A stretch of 64,000 bases of DNA from an uncultured delta proteobacterium (GTDB lineage Bacteria; Desulfobacterota; Desulfobacteria; Desulfobacterales; SG8-13), in assembly GCA_963848135.1 (NCBI GenBank), contig CAWKCK010000001.1:186001-250000 (forward strand), in the 5' to 3' direction. Under the pieces are notes generated by a model, which saw nothing but the letters and a program-made list of their open reading frames with translations, searched no databases and had not been told where the DNA came from. Made by a program: the position numbers and the translations under genes. Below, one piece after another: positions 40,480-51,751 of the stretch (positions are counted from its first letter, which is position 1; each line of letters begins with the position of its first letter).

Positions 40480-41349
40480 TCACGGTGCTTTTTTGCAACG
40501 CATTTGCGTTGCGCCGTAACCCCACGTGATCGACGCTTCGCCTTGATGCTCCCAATAGGTCTCGTTGCGGCCCCGATACTTTGTGCCACTGCCGCCGGGC
40601 TGCAAGTACATCAGCGAGACGCTGTCACTGCGCTCGGCAATCAAGGTTAGAGGATCGGTTTGGAAGAATGTGACGAGGACTTCATTAACGGGATTTTCGT
40701 CACAGATGAAGCGTACTGGGCCATTTCCTTGAACAAGCTGATACCTGGCCTGCAGTTCAGCGATTCGGTGTTGGTATTCGTCCTGGACGCATGCATGCTT
40801 GTCTTCAGCTTTCCAGCATTCGTTTCGCCCCTTGATCCAGCCGCGCTGCTCCGCCTTTAAAATTGGAGGGTGCTCGTTGGTCGCTTTCTTAACTGCGGCG
40901 GAGTAGATGATAGACAGCTTGCGATCGAGCGCGGACAAATCATTGTCCTTGCAGACCATCTTCTCGATACTGTTGGCTTCTACTTTGTCACAGTCGTAAG
41001 AAGGGCCAGTTGCCATGACCGAACCATTTAGGTTTTCATTATTTTCCGATGATGACGCATATCTTTCACGTACAATCTGATCTATATGGCGGCACCAGGT
41101 TTCGCTGTCACGCCCTGGAAGATCCGGATTGCCTCGAATACCGAGCTTAAACTCGATCACCGACTTCCATTCGTCAGTGCCGACATCAGGACCATGACCT
41201 TGGTCGTCGCCCGTTGGTATTTTCTCTTCAATGAACTGGTTCCACGAATCGGAGCAGAGCGTCTCCGCTGCCATGCTCGACCTATGATCATCGCTTGCCT
41301 GGACGCAAACGGCCAGAAATATGATAGAAATTGCTATCCACCTGCTCAT
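40480..41349 (-). CDS. LprI (DUF1311) + MliC lysozyme-inhibitor domain protein
   Basis: PSYDC.K..IE..VC..L..LD, EQRGWIKGRNEC, SGTKY..YWEHQGEA. Confidence 0.8.
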   Translation of the reverse strand: MSRWIAISIIFLAVCVQASDDHRSSMAAETLCSDSWNQFIEEKIPTGDDQGHGPDVGTDEWKSVIEFKLGIRGNPDLPGRDSETWCRHIDQIVRERYASSSENNENLNGSVMATGPSYDCDKVEANSIEKMVCKDNDLSALDRKLSIIYSAAVKKATNEHPPILKAEQRGWIKGRNECWKAEDKHACVQDEYQHRIAELQARYQLVQGNGPVRFICDENPVNEVLVTFFQTDPLTLIAERSDSVSLMYLQPGGSGTKYRGRNETYWEHQGEASITWGYGATQMRCKKAP

Positions 41350-41374
41350 GAAGGGTCCTCCTATACAACCGCTT

Positions 41375-42370
41375 TCATTGCATTCTTGGCATTCCCACAG
41401 AGATTACAACAGTTCCCAAACGTTTTTCAGTCTCTACTCTTCGATGAGCCTCGGCAGCTTGCTCATACGAATAGACTTTATCGACGATGGATTTGATTTT
41501 ACCCTCTTCAATCATTTCCTTAAGTGCGAGTAGTTCTTCTTCCTTTTCTCCGGCAAAAACAAAAATCGCCTTCTTGTCAGTTAATTTCGACGTCAGGACA
41601 GACCTCAGCATGTCGGAAATACGCGGATTTGCCATCAGATAGCGTCCCTTGGGCTTTAGTGCCTTAACGCACTCGGTATAGGAAATTTTTGCAACCATGC
41701 TGAAAATCACGTCATATTTTTGACCGCATTTTGTGAAGTCTTCTTTTGTATAGTCAATGAAATGATCAGCTCCGATCCGGCGTAGCATTTCCTCTTTGAT
41801 GGTACTGTCAACCGCGGTCACCTCGGCACCCATTGCCTTGGCAAGCTGCACCCCAAACGTGCCGATGCTTCCACCTGCACCGTTTACTAAAACCCTTTCC
41901 CCATTTTGGATATTCGCTTTTCTTAAAAAGTGGAGTGCATTCAGCCCGCCCAAAGGTACCGCCGCAGCCTCTTCAAAGCTCGCATTATATGGTTTCGGCA
42001 CCACCGTATAGCTGGCTGGCAGACACACGTATTCACCATATGCGCCCAGCCGCATTTTGGTGGTCCCAAAAACCTGATCGCGCTTCTTAAATTTTGAAAC
42101 GTCATTACCGGTGGATTCCACCTCCCCGGCAAAATATCCTCCCAGTATCTGTTTCTTCGGTTTTGTAAGTCCCAAAAAAAATCGCAAAGGCAGCCAGAAC
42201 CACTTTACCTGGAAATTGAAGCTTCGCATTTCACAATCAGCCTTCGTTACCTCTGCAGCATGAACTTTAATTAGGACTTCATCATCTTTTGGTGTTGGTT
42301 TTTCAACCTCTTTGACCTGAAGAACATCCGGTGGTCCGTATGTTGTGTATACAATCGCTTTCATAAACAT
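41375..42370 (-). CDS. NAD(P)-dependent MDR-family oxidoreductase (zinc-independent, quinone reductase-like)
   Basis: YGPPDVL, GAYGEY, VLVNGAGGSIG, GADHFIDY. Confidence 0.9.
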   Translation of the reverse strand: MFMKAIVYTTYGPPDVLQVKEVEKPTPKDDEVLIKVHAAEVTKADCEMRSFNFQVKWFWLPLRFFLGLTKPKKQILGGYFAGEVESTGNDVSKFKKRDQVFGTTKMRLGAYGEYVCLPASYTVVPKPYNASFEEAAAVPLGGLNALHFLRKANIQNGERVLVNGAGGSIGTFGVQLAKAMGAEVTAVDSTIKEEMLRRIGADHFIDYTKEDFTKCGQKYDVIFSMVAKISYTECVKALKPKGRYLMANPRISDMLRSVLTSKLTDKKAIFVFAGEKEEELLALKEMIEEGKIKSIVDKVYSYEQAAEAHRRVETEKRLGTVVISVGMPRMQ

Positions 42371-42421
42371 TCTTCCAAGGATGCTTTAGTGTAATTTGCC
42401 ACAACTGATAATAGTAGCCCA

Positions 42422-42991
42422 TTATTCCAAGTATCCACTACCGATAGCAGAAAAAGGAAGGGTCAATTCCAATTTCGGCACCTGCTTGGCGATCCAGGCA
42501 GTGAAGGTATTGCTGTTTGGACCTGGAAAGGCCCTGTAGGTATCTTTCCATGGATAATCCTCAGCTGCCTTGTTTACTGCAACAATCAGTTCATCCACCC
42601 CTGTTCCCTTGTACGCTCTAAGAATCCGAGGTTTCTCGCCGTACCAATAACGGTCGGGGACATCCTTGGCAATCCTCAGGACTGTCTGGCCATGGTAGCC
42701 ACGCCAACCTACCACGTCGTAAACCGTGTAGGCGGTTTCGCCGGTCCGTTTGGCAGCAATCCAGGTGTGGATGGCAAACCAGCCACGCCAACCCCAGGCA
42801 TTGGCACCATAGACCTGGAGAACCGCCTCATTCGTGGTTAAAGGGTCGGGCGCGATCTTCGCAGATTCGCGATTGGCGGTGCGCCAATCTTTAACAGTAT
42901 AAATGTTAAACAAAATCAATCCTATCAGGATAACAGCTGACAATAGTATCAAGTATTTCACAGATAAGTGCTTCACGAAATCACCATACAA
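42422..42991 (-). CDS. DUF3750 family protein
   Basis: WRTANRES, WRGWFAIHTWI, YDVVGW, PDRYWYG, PGPNSNTF. Confidence 0.85.
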   Translation of the reverse strand: MYGDFVKHLSVKYLILLSAVILIGLILFNIYTVKDWRTANRESAKIAPDPLTTNEAVLQVYGANAWGWRGWFAIHTWIAAKRTGETAYTVYDVVGWRGYHGQTVLRIAKDVPDRYWYGEKPRILRAYKGTGVDELIVAVNKAAEDYPWKDTYRAFPGPNSNTFTAWIAKQVPKLELTLPFSAIGSGYLE

Positions 42992-43121
42992 ATTAAAACA
43001 GTTGCGGCATCTACCTCTCCTCTATGAATTCAGGATAAGGGTAGCGGTTTTTGCCTAAAATAATTGACAAGACAATTATATGTTTAAGAACGAAATTAAG
43101 GAAAAACAAGGAAGCGGAACC

Positions 43122-43389
43122 ATGGCTACATATATTTCTTTATTAAAATTTATGCTGTCAGAAATAGCAAACATTAATGACAGTCCGACACGGTTTGAAT
43201 TGGCAAAACATGCTGTTAAGGCTGCAGGGGTTGAATTCAAGGCATTTTATCTTACAATGGAATAGCACGATATGTAATCAGCAATGAAGCCCCCAATCAT
43301 ACAGCATACGCGGCCACCATCTTGGTCGATGAATCTGAAGGTGCGGAGTCCATACAGAGACACTCAAGGCGTTCACTGAAAACGAGTAA
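43122..43389 (+). pseudogene. GYD-domain protein pseudogene
   Basis: MATYISLLKF..DSPTR..FYLTME* followed by out-of-frame EAP.. and TETLKAFTE remnants. Confidence 0.7.
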
Positions 43390-43412
43390 AAACAGAGAAA
43401 GAATTTACACCT

Positions 43413-44534
43413 ATGCGCTTGATTATCCTCTTGCCGATTATCATTTCAATCGCTGCACCGGCTGCAGCCGGAGGCTTTCTAATTGAGGGCACGAAGGACA
43501 CCAAAATTGTGGCCGTGCAGGTCGCTATTTTCGATGAGCCCTGGGCCATGACTTTCCTGCCCGATGGCACTCTTTTGGTGACCGAGAAGAGAGGGGTGCT
43601 GTGGCATGTTACCAACGACGGTTCGAAAACAGAAGTCCAGGGCTTGTGGAAAGTCGCCTATGGCGGTCAAGGCGGCTTGGGCGATGTGGTGCTGCACCCT
43701 TATTTTGAACACAATTCCTGGGTCTATTTGTCTTATGCCGAACGCGCCGATGATAACGCCACAATTGGTGCGGTGGTGGTCCGCGCAAAGCTCGATCTAA
43801 AAAACAGCCCGCTCAAGCTCGCGTCGGTGGAAAAACTGTGGGTTCAGGAACCAAAAGTTACTGGAAAAGGTCATTACAGCCATCGCATCGCGTTCGGCCC
43901 CGATGGTAAAATGTTCATCACATCCGGAGACCGCCAGAAACTTACACCAGCCCAAAATTTTGACGGCCATCTTGGCAAGGTGCTGCGCTTAAACGACGAC
44001 GGAACAGTTCCCAATGACAACCCGTGGCAGGATCGTGGTGAGATTGCCAAGCAATTCTGGACCATCGGTCACCGCAACATGCTGGGCATCGATTTTGATG
44101 CCGACGGACGTTTGTGGGTCCATGAGATGGGTCCGCGCCACGGCGATGAGTTGAATCTGATCATTGCTGGTAAAAATTATGGCTGGCCGATCGTGTCGAA
44201 CGGCGACCACTACTCGGGAATACCGATCCCCGATCATGACACCCGTCCTGAATTCGAACCCCCGCGGACGTTTTGGGTGCCCTCCATTGCACCGTCCGGT
44301 CTTGTTATTTATGACAGTGACCTGTTTGCCGATTGGAAAGGCAGTGCGATTATCGGTGGACTTGTATCAAGAGCCCTTATTCTTGTTGATTTGAAAGGGG
44401 ACACTGCTGAGGAAGCCGAACGCTTTAAATGGGGCAAGCGCATACGCGAGGTCGAACAGGGGCCCGAAGGGGCGTTGTATGTTCTCGAAGACAAATCCGG
44501 TGGTCGTCTTCTAAAGTTGACGCCCAGCCGTTAG
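43413..44534 (+). CDS. PQQ-dependent soluble aldose sugar dehydrogenase (YliI/Asd-like)
   Basis: [42 protein letters not shown]. Confidence 0.9.
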   Translation: MRLIILLPIIISIAAPAAAGGFLIEGTKDTKIVAVQVAIFDEPWAMTFLPDGTLLVTEKRGVLWHVTNDGSKTEVQGLWKVAYGGQGGLGDVVLHPYFEHNSWVYLSYAERADDNATIGAVVVRAKLDLKNSPLKLASVEKLWVQEPKVTGKGHYSHRIAFGPDGKMFITSGDRQKLTPAQNFDGHLGKVLRLNDDGTVPNDNPWQDRGEIAKQFWTIGHRNMLGIDFDADGRLWVHEMGPRHGDELNLIIAGKNYGWPIVSNGDHYSGIPIPDHDTRPEFEPPRTFWVPSIAPSGLVIYDSDLFADWKGSAIIGGLVSRALILVDLKGDTAEEAERFKWGKRIREVEQGPEGALYVLEDKSGGRLLKLTPSR

Positions 44535-44732
44535 AAACCATTACAACGAGCTGGTGCAAGACCTTAGCATTGAAATTAGGTGAGGGAATTGGCCTCCTAT
44601 AGCTTAACTTGCCCCTAAAGTTGTCTAATAGCGGAGGTGGACGATAAATAGAACACTTGTTATTAATCTGCACTTTCCTAACAATTCGGTAAATCATGTT
44701 TTTCTTGAAATTTTACGTTTGGACAGTAACAG

Positions 44733-44770
44733 AAAAAAGGCAGAGCCCCGTTAGAGGCTCTGCCTTTTTT
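44733..44770. terminator. Bidirectional intrinsic terminator
   Basis: AAAAAAGGCAGAGCC-N8-GGCTCTGCCTTTTTT. Confidence 0.8.
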
Positions 44771-44898
44771 CCGCTTGTTCAGTAACTCAAATTTTAGTGC
44801 CTTTTTTGTATCGAAGCTCTGCCGTTAATCATGCCCTTAGATCTTACAGGTCGCTCCTGATGTACGGCCAGAAATACATCTGTTAACCAAGGAGCGTT

Positions 44899-45438
44899 AT
44901 GAATTCAATCTGTGTTTTTCTTGGATCAAGCACCGGTAACCATCCAGCATATATGGATGCAGCTGATGCGTTGGGGCGCGAATTGGCTATACGCGACCTA
45001 ACCTGTGTCTATGGCGGTTCTTGCACCGGACTAATGAAGCAGCTTGCTGATAGCGCTTTAGCTGCTGGTGGAAAAGTTGTTGGTGTGACTGTTCAAGCAC
45101 TAAAAGATAGGGAAGAATTCCATAAAGGTTTAACGAAACTGCATGTCCTACCCACAATGCATGAAAGAAAAAATCTCATGGTACAACTTGCAGATGGATT
45201 CGTTGCACTGCCGGGAGGAATTGGCACCTTTGAGGAATTTTTTGAAGTTTACACCTTGCAGCAGATGGGGTTTCATTCCAAACCATGCGGGCTGTTGAAT
45301 GTTAACGGCTTTTTTAAGCCCCTTGAGTTAATGCTGGAAACCGCTGAAAAAGAGGGATTTTTAAAAACGCCTCATCAAAAAGCGATCATTCGTGCAGCGA
45401 ACCCCGGTGAGATGCTCGATTTTATGATAAAAAGGTGA
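44899..45438 (+). CDS. LOG family nucleotide monophosphate phosphoribohydrolase
   Basis: VYGG, GLM, MHERK, PGGIGTFEE. Confidence 0.9.
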   Translation: MNSICVFLGSSTGNHPAYMDAADALGRELAIRDLTCVYGGSCTGLMKQLADSALAAGGKVVGVTVQALKDREEFHKGLTKLHVLPTMHERKNLMVQLADGFVALPGGIGTFEEFFEVYTLQQMGFHSKPCGLLNVNGFFKPLELMLETAEKEGFLKTPHQKAIIRAANPGEMLDFMIKR

Positions 45439-46146
45439 TTTTTTTTATAGGGGAACGTTAAACTTGATAAACTCACAAAGCTGAACATCGATCCTTAAAA
45501 TGCTCAATAAAATAGCGCAACATGCACATGTTGTGCATACCAAAACCGCTTCAAATGGCATTCTCGTCATTAATCCAAAGAAATTCAAAAATATTATCAA
45601 GCCAATCATGCAGCACCAACTGAATGAACACCGGGTTGTTAGCATTGCTCATCAGATTGAGTCGAGATGTAAAAATATAGAGCCTAAAGCGGTAAATGGG
45701 CTTGGAGGGAGTCCTCGATAATCCGATGCAATAACCAAGACTCAATCTTTCATTTTTCAAATCAAGACATGACCTGATCTGACAGGATGTTTGGTAAAGA
45801 TATGTTTACAGTATATTTACTTTTGAGAGTGCCAATTTTATACAGATACACATCAGATAACATAACATTGGCCAACATTATGCGGGCACAAGATATAGTG
45901 GTTGCATTAAAATACAAAAAAGTGCGGTATTCATGGCGAATAGTGCACCTTTCTTGATTCCACCTTAAATCAAAGTATAGCAGGATAGTGGACTCGGCCC
46001 AAATGTAATTTTCGACCCATTTCGGGTCTCTCAATCTTCCTATTCACTGTTACATATATCATCTGACATATCTGAAGTTTGGATTTACCCCAATTTAGTG
46101 GACACCTCAGAAAGCCCGAGGTATATGGGCAACAGGAGGTGTTCCA

Positions 46147-46446
46147 ATGTCAAAGAAACAAAGAAAGACCTACAGCCGAGAATTCAAGAAGGAAGCTGTG
46201 GCGCTGATCACCGAAAAGGGATACAGCATGGCCGAAGCCTCCCGGAATCTGGGTATCGAATACAGCATCCTGCGCCGCTGGAAAAAACAGCTGGCCGATG
46301 ACCCCCAAAACGCATTTCCCGGCAAGGGACAACTTAAAACTGCCGACCGGGAAATGCGGGAACTCCAGCGGAAATTGGAGCGAGTTACCGAAGAGCGTGA
46401 TATCTTAAAAAAAGCACTGGCCTACTTTGCGGAGGATCAGAAATGA
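46147..46446 (+). CDS. IS3 transposase OrfA
   Basis: YSREFKKEAV, ERDILKKALAYF. Confidence 0.9.
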   Translation: MSKKQRKTYSREFKKEAVALITEKGYSMAEASRNLGIEYSILRRWKKQLADDPQNAFPGKGQLKTADREMRELQRKLERVTEERDILKKALAYFAEDQK

Positions 46447-47308
46447 AATTTCGTTTCATCTCTGCCCACCGGGAGACGTTCAAGGTAGGCCGCATGTGCA
46501 CGCTGCTCAAAGTCTCCCGCTCTGGTTACTATACCTGGCTGAAGCGTCCAGAGAGCCGTCGAAGTCTTGAGAACCGAGCTCTGGAAGACAAGATCCGCGT
46601 CTTTCATGCCGCCAGTCACGGCATCTACGGATCACCCAAGATTCACCGGGATCTTATCGATGATGGCGTGCGATGCGGTAAAAACCGTGTCGCACGAATC
46701 ATGCGTGAAGCCGGTATCCGGTCTCGGACCAAAAAGAAATTCAAAGCGACGACCAACTCCCGGCACAACCTGCCGGTAGCGCCAAACCTGCTGAACCAGG
46801 ATTTCACTGTGGATGCTCCTGACCGTACTTGGGTTAGCGATATTACCTACATCCATACCGAGAAAGGATGGCTATATCTGGCCGTGCTGCTGGATCTGTT
46901 CAACCGCGAGATCGTCGGTTGGGCAACCTCATCTCGGATGACCCGCCAACTGGCGATTGATGCACTGTGCAGATGGCTCTTGGCCGCCGAACTCCTGCAC
47001 AGGGCTTGATTCACCACTCGGATCGGGGCAGTCAATACGCTTCCGGCGATTATCAAAAACTCCTTTCCAAGCATGCCATTACTTGCAGTATGAGCCGCAA
47101 AGGAAACTGTTACGACAATGCTGTTGCGGAAAGCTTTTTTCGTCTGCTCAAAACCGAATGGGTGAACCATCACCGGTACCTGAGCAGGTCTCAGGCAACC
47201 AACAGCCTTTTTGATTACATAGAAATCTTCTACAACCGAAAAAGGCGTCACTCGGCACTCGGATATGCAACGCCGCAGGAATACGTAACTTTCTCTCTTG
47301 CGGCTTAA
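46443..47308 (+). pseudogene. IS3 transposase OrfB, frameshifted near 46967
   Basis: WVSDITY in the first frame; HSDRGSQY and DNAVAESFF in the second. An extra TG sits in GCACTGTGCAGATG. Confidence 0.85.
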
Positions 47309-47593
47309 CTCGGTGTCCACTGATTCGGGGGAGATTCAGTTTTGCGCTAATCAATATATCCGCAAGCTACTGCAAGTTTTGAAATCTCCCCATTTGTGTA
47401 TATTATCTCAAAGAATCTGCATTACGAGATAAACTACAATTTGTACTTAAAAGATGGCTTTCATGTTTAAATAGTAACCAGTAATTTTTCTCTGTTAAAA
47501 ATGGAAACCAACCTCAGGGAAATTCATTGGTAACGAAATTGAGATACTAAAATATCGATCAAAAAAATTTATAAAACCTAATGAGTGACCATA

Positions 47594-48922
47594 ATGCAAC
47601 CACAGACGCATTACGCTAAAAGCGGTGATGTTCATATCGCTTATCAGGTAATAGGAAAAGGCCCTATCGACTTGGTTTTTGTACCAGGATTTGTGTCACA
47701 TGTTGAAGCGAGCTGGAAGTCAACCACACGAGCGAAATTTTTTAATCGGTTGGCTTCTTTCTCAAGGTTGATATTATTCGACAAACGAGGCACAGGTCTC
47801 TCGGATCGTTCTTCACAGTTATTCTCGCTCGAACAACGGATGGACGATGTACGGGCAGTCATGGATGCTGCTAGGTCGCAACAAGCAGCCATATTTGGAA
47901 TCTCCGAGGGTGGACCGATGTCGATCCTTTTTGCAGCAACCTATCCTGAGCGAACCTCTGCTCTTATTATGTACGGTGCCTATGCAAAACGTTCATGGGC
48001 AAAAGATTACCCGTTTGGTTGGCGAGATGAGGAATGGGTGGCACTCTTTGATAACATTGAGAATCATTGGGGAACGACGAAGGGAGTAGACCTGAACATT
48101 TGGGCACCCAGTGTCGCACACAACGAGCATGTACGGGAAGATGTGGCCACGTATATGAGATCGGCAGCGAGTCCTGGAGCGGTCCGGGCAGTGATGCAAA
48201 TGAATCGAGAAATTGATGTCCGGCATGTGTTACCTTCCATCCGCGTACCAACGCTGATTACCCATCGCATTGGAGACCGAAATATCCGTATCCAGCAAGC
48301 ACGGTACATGGCTGAGCGAATCCCCGGTGCAAAACTTGTTGAACTGCCAGGGGATGACCACATGGCTTGGTTTGGCGACATCGATGCTCTTCTCGGCGAG
48401 GTAGAAGAGTTTTTGACAGGCGTGCGGCCCGAGCCAGAGGCAGATCGAGTGCTTGCAACAATTTTATTTACAGATATTGTGGGAGCTACCGAACGAGCCG
48501 CAGAATTGGGAGATAAAAAATGGAGCCACCTCCTCGTTCGTCATCATGAACTTATTCGCGAAGAACTTAAACGGTTCCGTGGACGGGAAATCGACACCGC
48601 AGGCGATGGATTCTTTGCGACATTTGACGGCCCTGCGCGTGCCATCACCTGCGCAAAGGCCATCCAGAACGCATTAACAAAATTGGGATTAACTGTTCGC
48701 ATAGGATTGCACACGGGTGAGTGTGAGGTGATGGACGATAAGGTCTCCGGGATTGCCGTACATATTGGTGCGCGAGTGGTTAATTATGCTGGTCCGGGAG
48801 AGATACTGGTAACGAGTACCGTTAAAGATTTGGTCGCCGGGTCTGGCTTATCCTTCGCTGACCGGGGTGAGTACGAGCTGAAGGGAGTTCCTGGTGAATG
48901 GCACCTCTTTGAATCTGTTTGA
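47594..48922 (+). CDS. Alpha/beta hydrolase + class III adenylate/guanylate cyclase fusion (LipJ-like)
   Basis: FDKRGTGLSD, GISEGG, PGDDH, then LFTDIVG, TAGDGF, RIGLHTGE. Confidence 0.9.
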   Translation: MQPQTHYAKSGDVHIAYQVIGKGPIDLVFVPGFVSHVEASWKSTTRAKFFNRLASFSRLILFDKRGTGLSDRSSQLFSLEQRMDDVRAVMDAARSQQAAIFGISEGGPMSILFAATYPERTSALIMYGAYAKRSWAKDYPFGWRDEEWVALFDNIENHWGTTKGVDLNIWAPSVAHNEHVREDVATYMRSAASPGAVRAVMQMNREIDVRHVLPSIRVPTLITHRIGDRNIRIQQARYMAERIPGAKLVELPGDDHMAWFGDIDALLGEVEEFLTGVRPEPEADRVLATILFTDIVGATERAAELGDKKWSHLLVRHHELIREELKRFRGREIDTAGDGFFATFDGPARAITCAKAIQNALTKLGLTVRIGLHTGECEVMDDKVSGIAVHIGARVVNYAGPGEILVTSTVKDLVAGSGLSFADRGEYELKGVPGEWHLFESV

Positions 48923-49136
48923 TGAAAGTATCTGTCATAAATCCCCAATAAACTTGTCCACTAAAAAATACACATATTGTAATTTGTAAGTTTTTTAAGT
49001 CCGCTCAAAATCGCATATTCATGCGAAACGTGTAATAGTCTTGCCACTAGCGGTAACAAAATGAGAATTGACCAATAGAGGGTAACCGGTCATTATCTGT
49101 CTGATTTTTCTGCAACTTTCAGAAAGGAGGCAGAAA

Positions 49137-50303
49137 ATGGCCAGCGTTGATATTTTATACTCAAACCCTAACCACGTCCACGGTTGCCACCCGCAGAGCC
49201 GCCAAAGTCATTTAGAATCTATTGATTTAACCTCACAGCACCAAGTCACCCAGGCCGCACTAAACTCGTTTTATCCATCAAGTGCAAGCCGGACCGATAG
49301 CCGCGGCGTCACCCTGGGCAAGGTTTTTCGCCGGCTTAATCGCTGCAGCTACCCGGGTAAACAGCCACTGACCGAATGGATACTTTATAAATACCGGCGC
49401 GGCTGCAAGCCGGTAACCCTGGCCACCAATTGCGGCTTTATTGTGCCCTTTTTGGTGTTTATCGGCCAAATGGGCAAGACCGGTGTCGAGCAGATCAACA
49501 AGAAAGATCTGGAAGCCTACATCGAACGCCAGCAAGACCGCGGTCTAAAACCGCTGACCATTGATGGCACTTTAAGGAGCATCTACGCTTTTATCGGCTA
49601 TCTGGTTGAAGCTGATCTTTTGCCAGCCGATCTGCTGGTAAAAAAAATCCGGATCCAGGTGCCCAAGCCGCTGCCCCGGGCGATGGATCCGATCGATAGC
49701 CAGCGTCTTTTGGCCACGATTGACAACATCCGTGACCGGTCCCTGATCCTGTTGCTGCTTCGAACCGGAATGCGCATCGGCGAGCTTTTAAACACCCGTG
49801 TCGATGATCTCAATCTGGTCGACCAGAAGATCTTCATTATGATCGGAGAGAAAAATCGTCTGGGCCGCGCGGTGTGTATCAGCGATGATGCCTGCAGCGC
49901 TTTAAAGGCTTGGCTGCGCATCCGCGATAGCAGTCAGAAGTATTTGTTCTATGGGCTAAGGCGTCAACCGTTGGGGTATTCGCGTTCGCGTGACATACTG
50001 CGATCCTATCTTAAAAAGGCCGGCCTTGCTCACAAAGGATATACGTTGCATTGCCTGCGGCACACCTTTGCCACCGATCTTTTAAATGCCGGCATGCGCC
50101 TTGAGTGTCTGCAGCAGTTGCTGGGGCACAGCAGCCTGGAGATGACCCTACGCTATGCCCGGCTGACCGATAAAACCCGGGAAGAAGAATACTATAAAGC
50201 CATGTCACGCATCGAAAAAGGAGCCGTCGATGAACATCACCGATTCGATCATCAACTACCGCCGATATTTGAAAAGACGCAACTGTTCAGCCAGCACGGT
50301 TAG
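49137..50303 (+). CDS. Tyrosine recombinase 1 (XerC/D-like)
   Basis: TGMRIGE, EKNRLGR, HCLRHTFAT, LGHSS, TLRY. Confidence 0.9.
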   Translation: MASVDILYSNPNHVHGCHPQSRQSHLESIDLTSQHQVTQAALNSFYPSSASRTDSRGVTLGKVFRRLNRCSYPGKQPLTEWILYKYRRGCKPVTLATNCGFIVPFLVFIGQMGKTGVEQINKKDLEAYIERQQDRGLKPLTIDGTLRSIYAFIGYLVEADLLPADLLVKKIRIQVPKPLPRAMDPIDSQRLLATIDNIRDRSLILLLLRTGMRIGELLNTRVDDLNLVDQKIFIMIGEKNRLGRAVCISDDACSALKAWLRIRDSSQKYLFYGLRRQPLGYSRSRDILRSYLKKAGLAHKGYTLHCLRHTFATDLLNAGMRLECLQQLLGHSSLEMTLRYARLTDKTREEEYYKAMSRIEKGAVDEHHRFDHQLPPIFEKTQLFSQHG

Positions 50304-51117
50304 AAGTTATTTGAGCCACCTGAAGCAGTTAATCATCTGGCTCGATGAGCCCATCGAGCTCGTCGGTCATAAAAAAATTACTTCCTATGTCGATTATCTT
50401 CTCGGCAATAAACTGGCGCCGAAGACCATCAACTGCCACCTGGGAAGCATGCACAGCTTTTACAGTTATCTAGTCGATCAAGAAGAACTTCAGATCACCA
50501 ATCCGATCAAAAAGGGCTACCACCTGCGCCTGGCCCGGCCTTTGCCAAAACACCTGCAGGATGAGCAGGTGGCCAGTTTGTTCAGCATAATAAAAAGTCG
50601 TCGCGATCGGGCCATGTTCATGCTGATGCTGCGCTGCGGTCTAAGGGTGAAAGAAGTGGCCAACCTGACTATCGATGCCGTCGACTGGCGCCGCAGACGC
50701 TTGTATGTCTACCATGGCAAAGGCGATAAGGACCGGGTCGTCTACATCAGTGATGACACCTACGCTGCGCTGGTTGCCTATGTAAAACAACGATTGGGCA
50801 GTCGCGTGAAGAAGATCTTTCTGGTAGAAAAAGGCGTCTACAAGAGCAAGCCCTTATCTACACGCGGTATCCGCAAGCGTATAGAGTACTACTCGAAAAA
50901 GTCGGGTGTAAACGTGTCCTGCCATCAGCTCAGGCATACGATGGCCACCCAGCTGCTCAACGCCGATGCGGATCTGGTGACTATACAGGATCTTTTAGGC
51001 CATACCCGCATTAAGACCACCCAGCGCTATTGCCGGGTGTGCAACCTGAAGGTTCAACGTGATTACTTTAAGGCGATGGAGGTGGTGATGAGACGCGCTG
51101 TAGGTTCGTCCCCCTAA
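50230..51117 (+). CDS. Tyrosine recombinase 2 (XerC/D-like)
   Basis: CGLRVKE, GKGDKDR, HQLRHTMAT, LGHTRI, TQRY. Confidence 0.9.
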   Translation: MNITDSIINYRRYLKRRNCSASTVRSYLSHLKQLIIWLDEPIELVGHKKITSYVDYLLGNKLAPKTINCHLGSMHSFYSYLVDQEELQITNPIKKGYHLRLARPLPKHLQDEQVASLFSIIKSRRDRAMFMLMLRCGLRVKEVANLTIDAVDWRRRRLYVYHGKGDKDRVVYISDDTYAALVAYVKQRLGSRVKKIFLVEKGVYKSKPLSTRGIRKRIEYYSKKSGVNVSCHQLRHTMATQLLNADADLVTIQDLLGHTRIKTTQRYCRVCNLKVQRDYFKAMEVVMRRAVGSSP

Positions 51118-51751
51118 ATTCTCTTGACAAAGGCACAATTATGATAAATCATAGCAATACTTAACCTACTAATATAAATTGAAAAATCAGAATTTGTTAC
51201 CGCTAGCTTGCCAACTTTATTGAGACAGTCCAATTTTTCTCGTGTGATATTCAACTTGTAACATATACTAAATTAAAAAAAGGCAAACCCTACATTTTGT
51301 GGTCCACCTTGTTTAACAAATATTAAATGTTTCGTACCGCTATCTGTAGATTCGCAAAACTAAAAATAAGTCAGATGGTATATGTAGTTTGTCAGATTTC
51401 ATTAGACCTCACATATAGGAATGTAAGTTCAAGTCTCAATTTTCACACCTAAGAGGATAGAATTTATTATACATTCATAAATATATCCTATATTTGAAAT
51501 TTCTCCACAAATGAGGTATGTCCTTTCCTTATTTATTCCGAATAACTGAGCAGGGCTACTTGACATAAGGTCAATATTCGGTAGAAACAAAGTTGTTAGA
51601 GCTTTAACAAAGATCCGGGGATTTTTACCTACCCTTTTGGTTGGTAAGAATTAGACAAATTTCAGCCGCGCTTTCGATCATTTATGACCTGAGTGTATTG
51701 TTAAGTGCGATACAATGAATGGTTATTAAATTTCTGAATGGGCGTTATATT

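Larger units (their letters stand above)
46080..47338 (+). mobile_element. IS3-family insertion sequence with a 3-bp target duplication (GTT)
   Basis: IRL TGGATTTACCCCAATTTAGTGGACACC; IRR reverse complement TGAATCTCCCCCGAATCAGTGGACACC; GTT at 46077-46079 and 47339-47341. Confidence 0.95.
49047..51206 (+). mobile_element. 2160-bp element encoding two tyrosine recombinases, with a 14-bp terminal inverted repeat and a flanking 7-bp direct repeat
   Basis: CTAGCGGTAACAAA 49047-49060 and TTTGTTACCGCTAG 51193-51206; CTTGCCA at 49040-49046 and 51207-51213. Confidence 0.85.

Noticed and set aside
44810..44860. Minus-strand CTAAGGG..ATGAT as the 3' half of a c-di-GMP riboswitch
   Set aside because: No GGCAAA/P2 arm upstream.
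45445..46034. Short overlapping ORFs between LOG and IS3
   Set aside because: Stop-interrupted with no recognisable family; perhaps a decayed gene, but unsupported.
7892..51303. Scattered CCACAA.AT.T.GTGG-like motifs (e.g. ~7893, 19983, 20112, 21279, 36852) resembling NrdR boxes
   Set aside because: No ribonucleotide reductase genes, the motifs are not in tandem pairs, and several sit within dispersed repeats.
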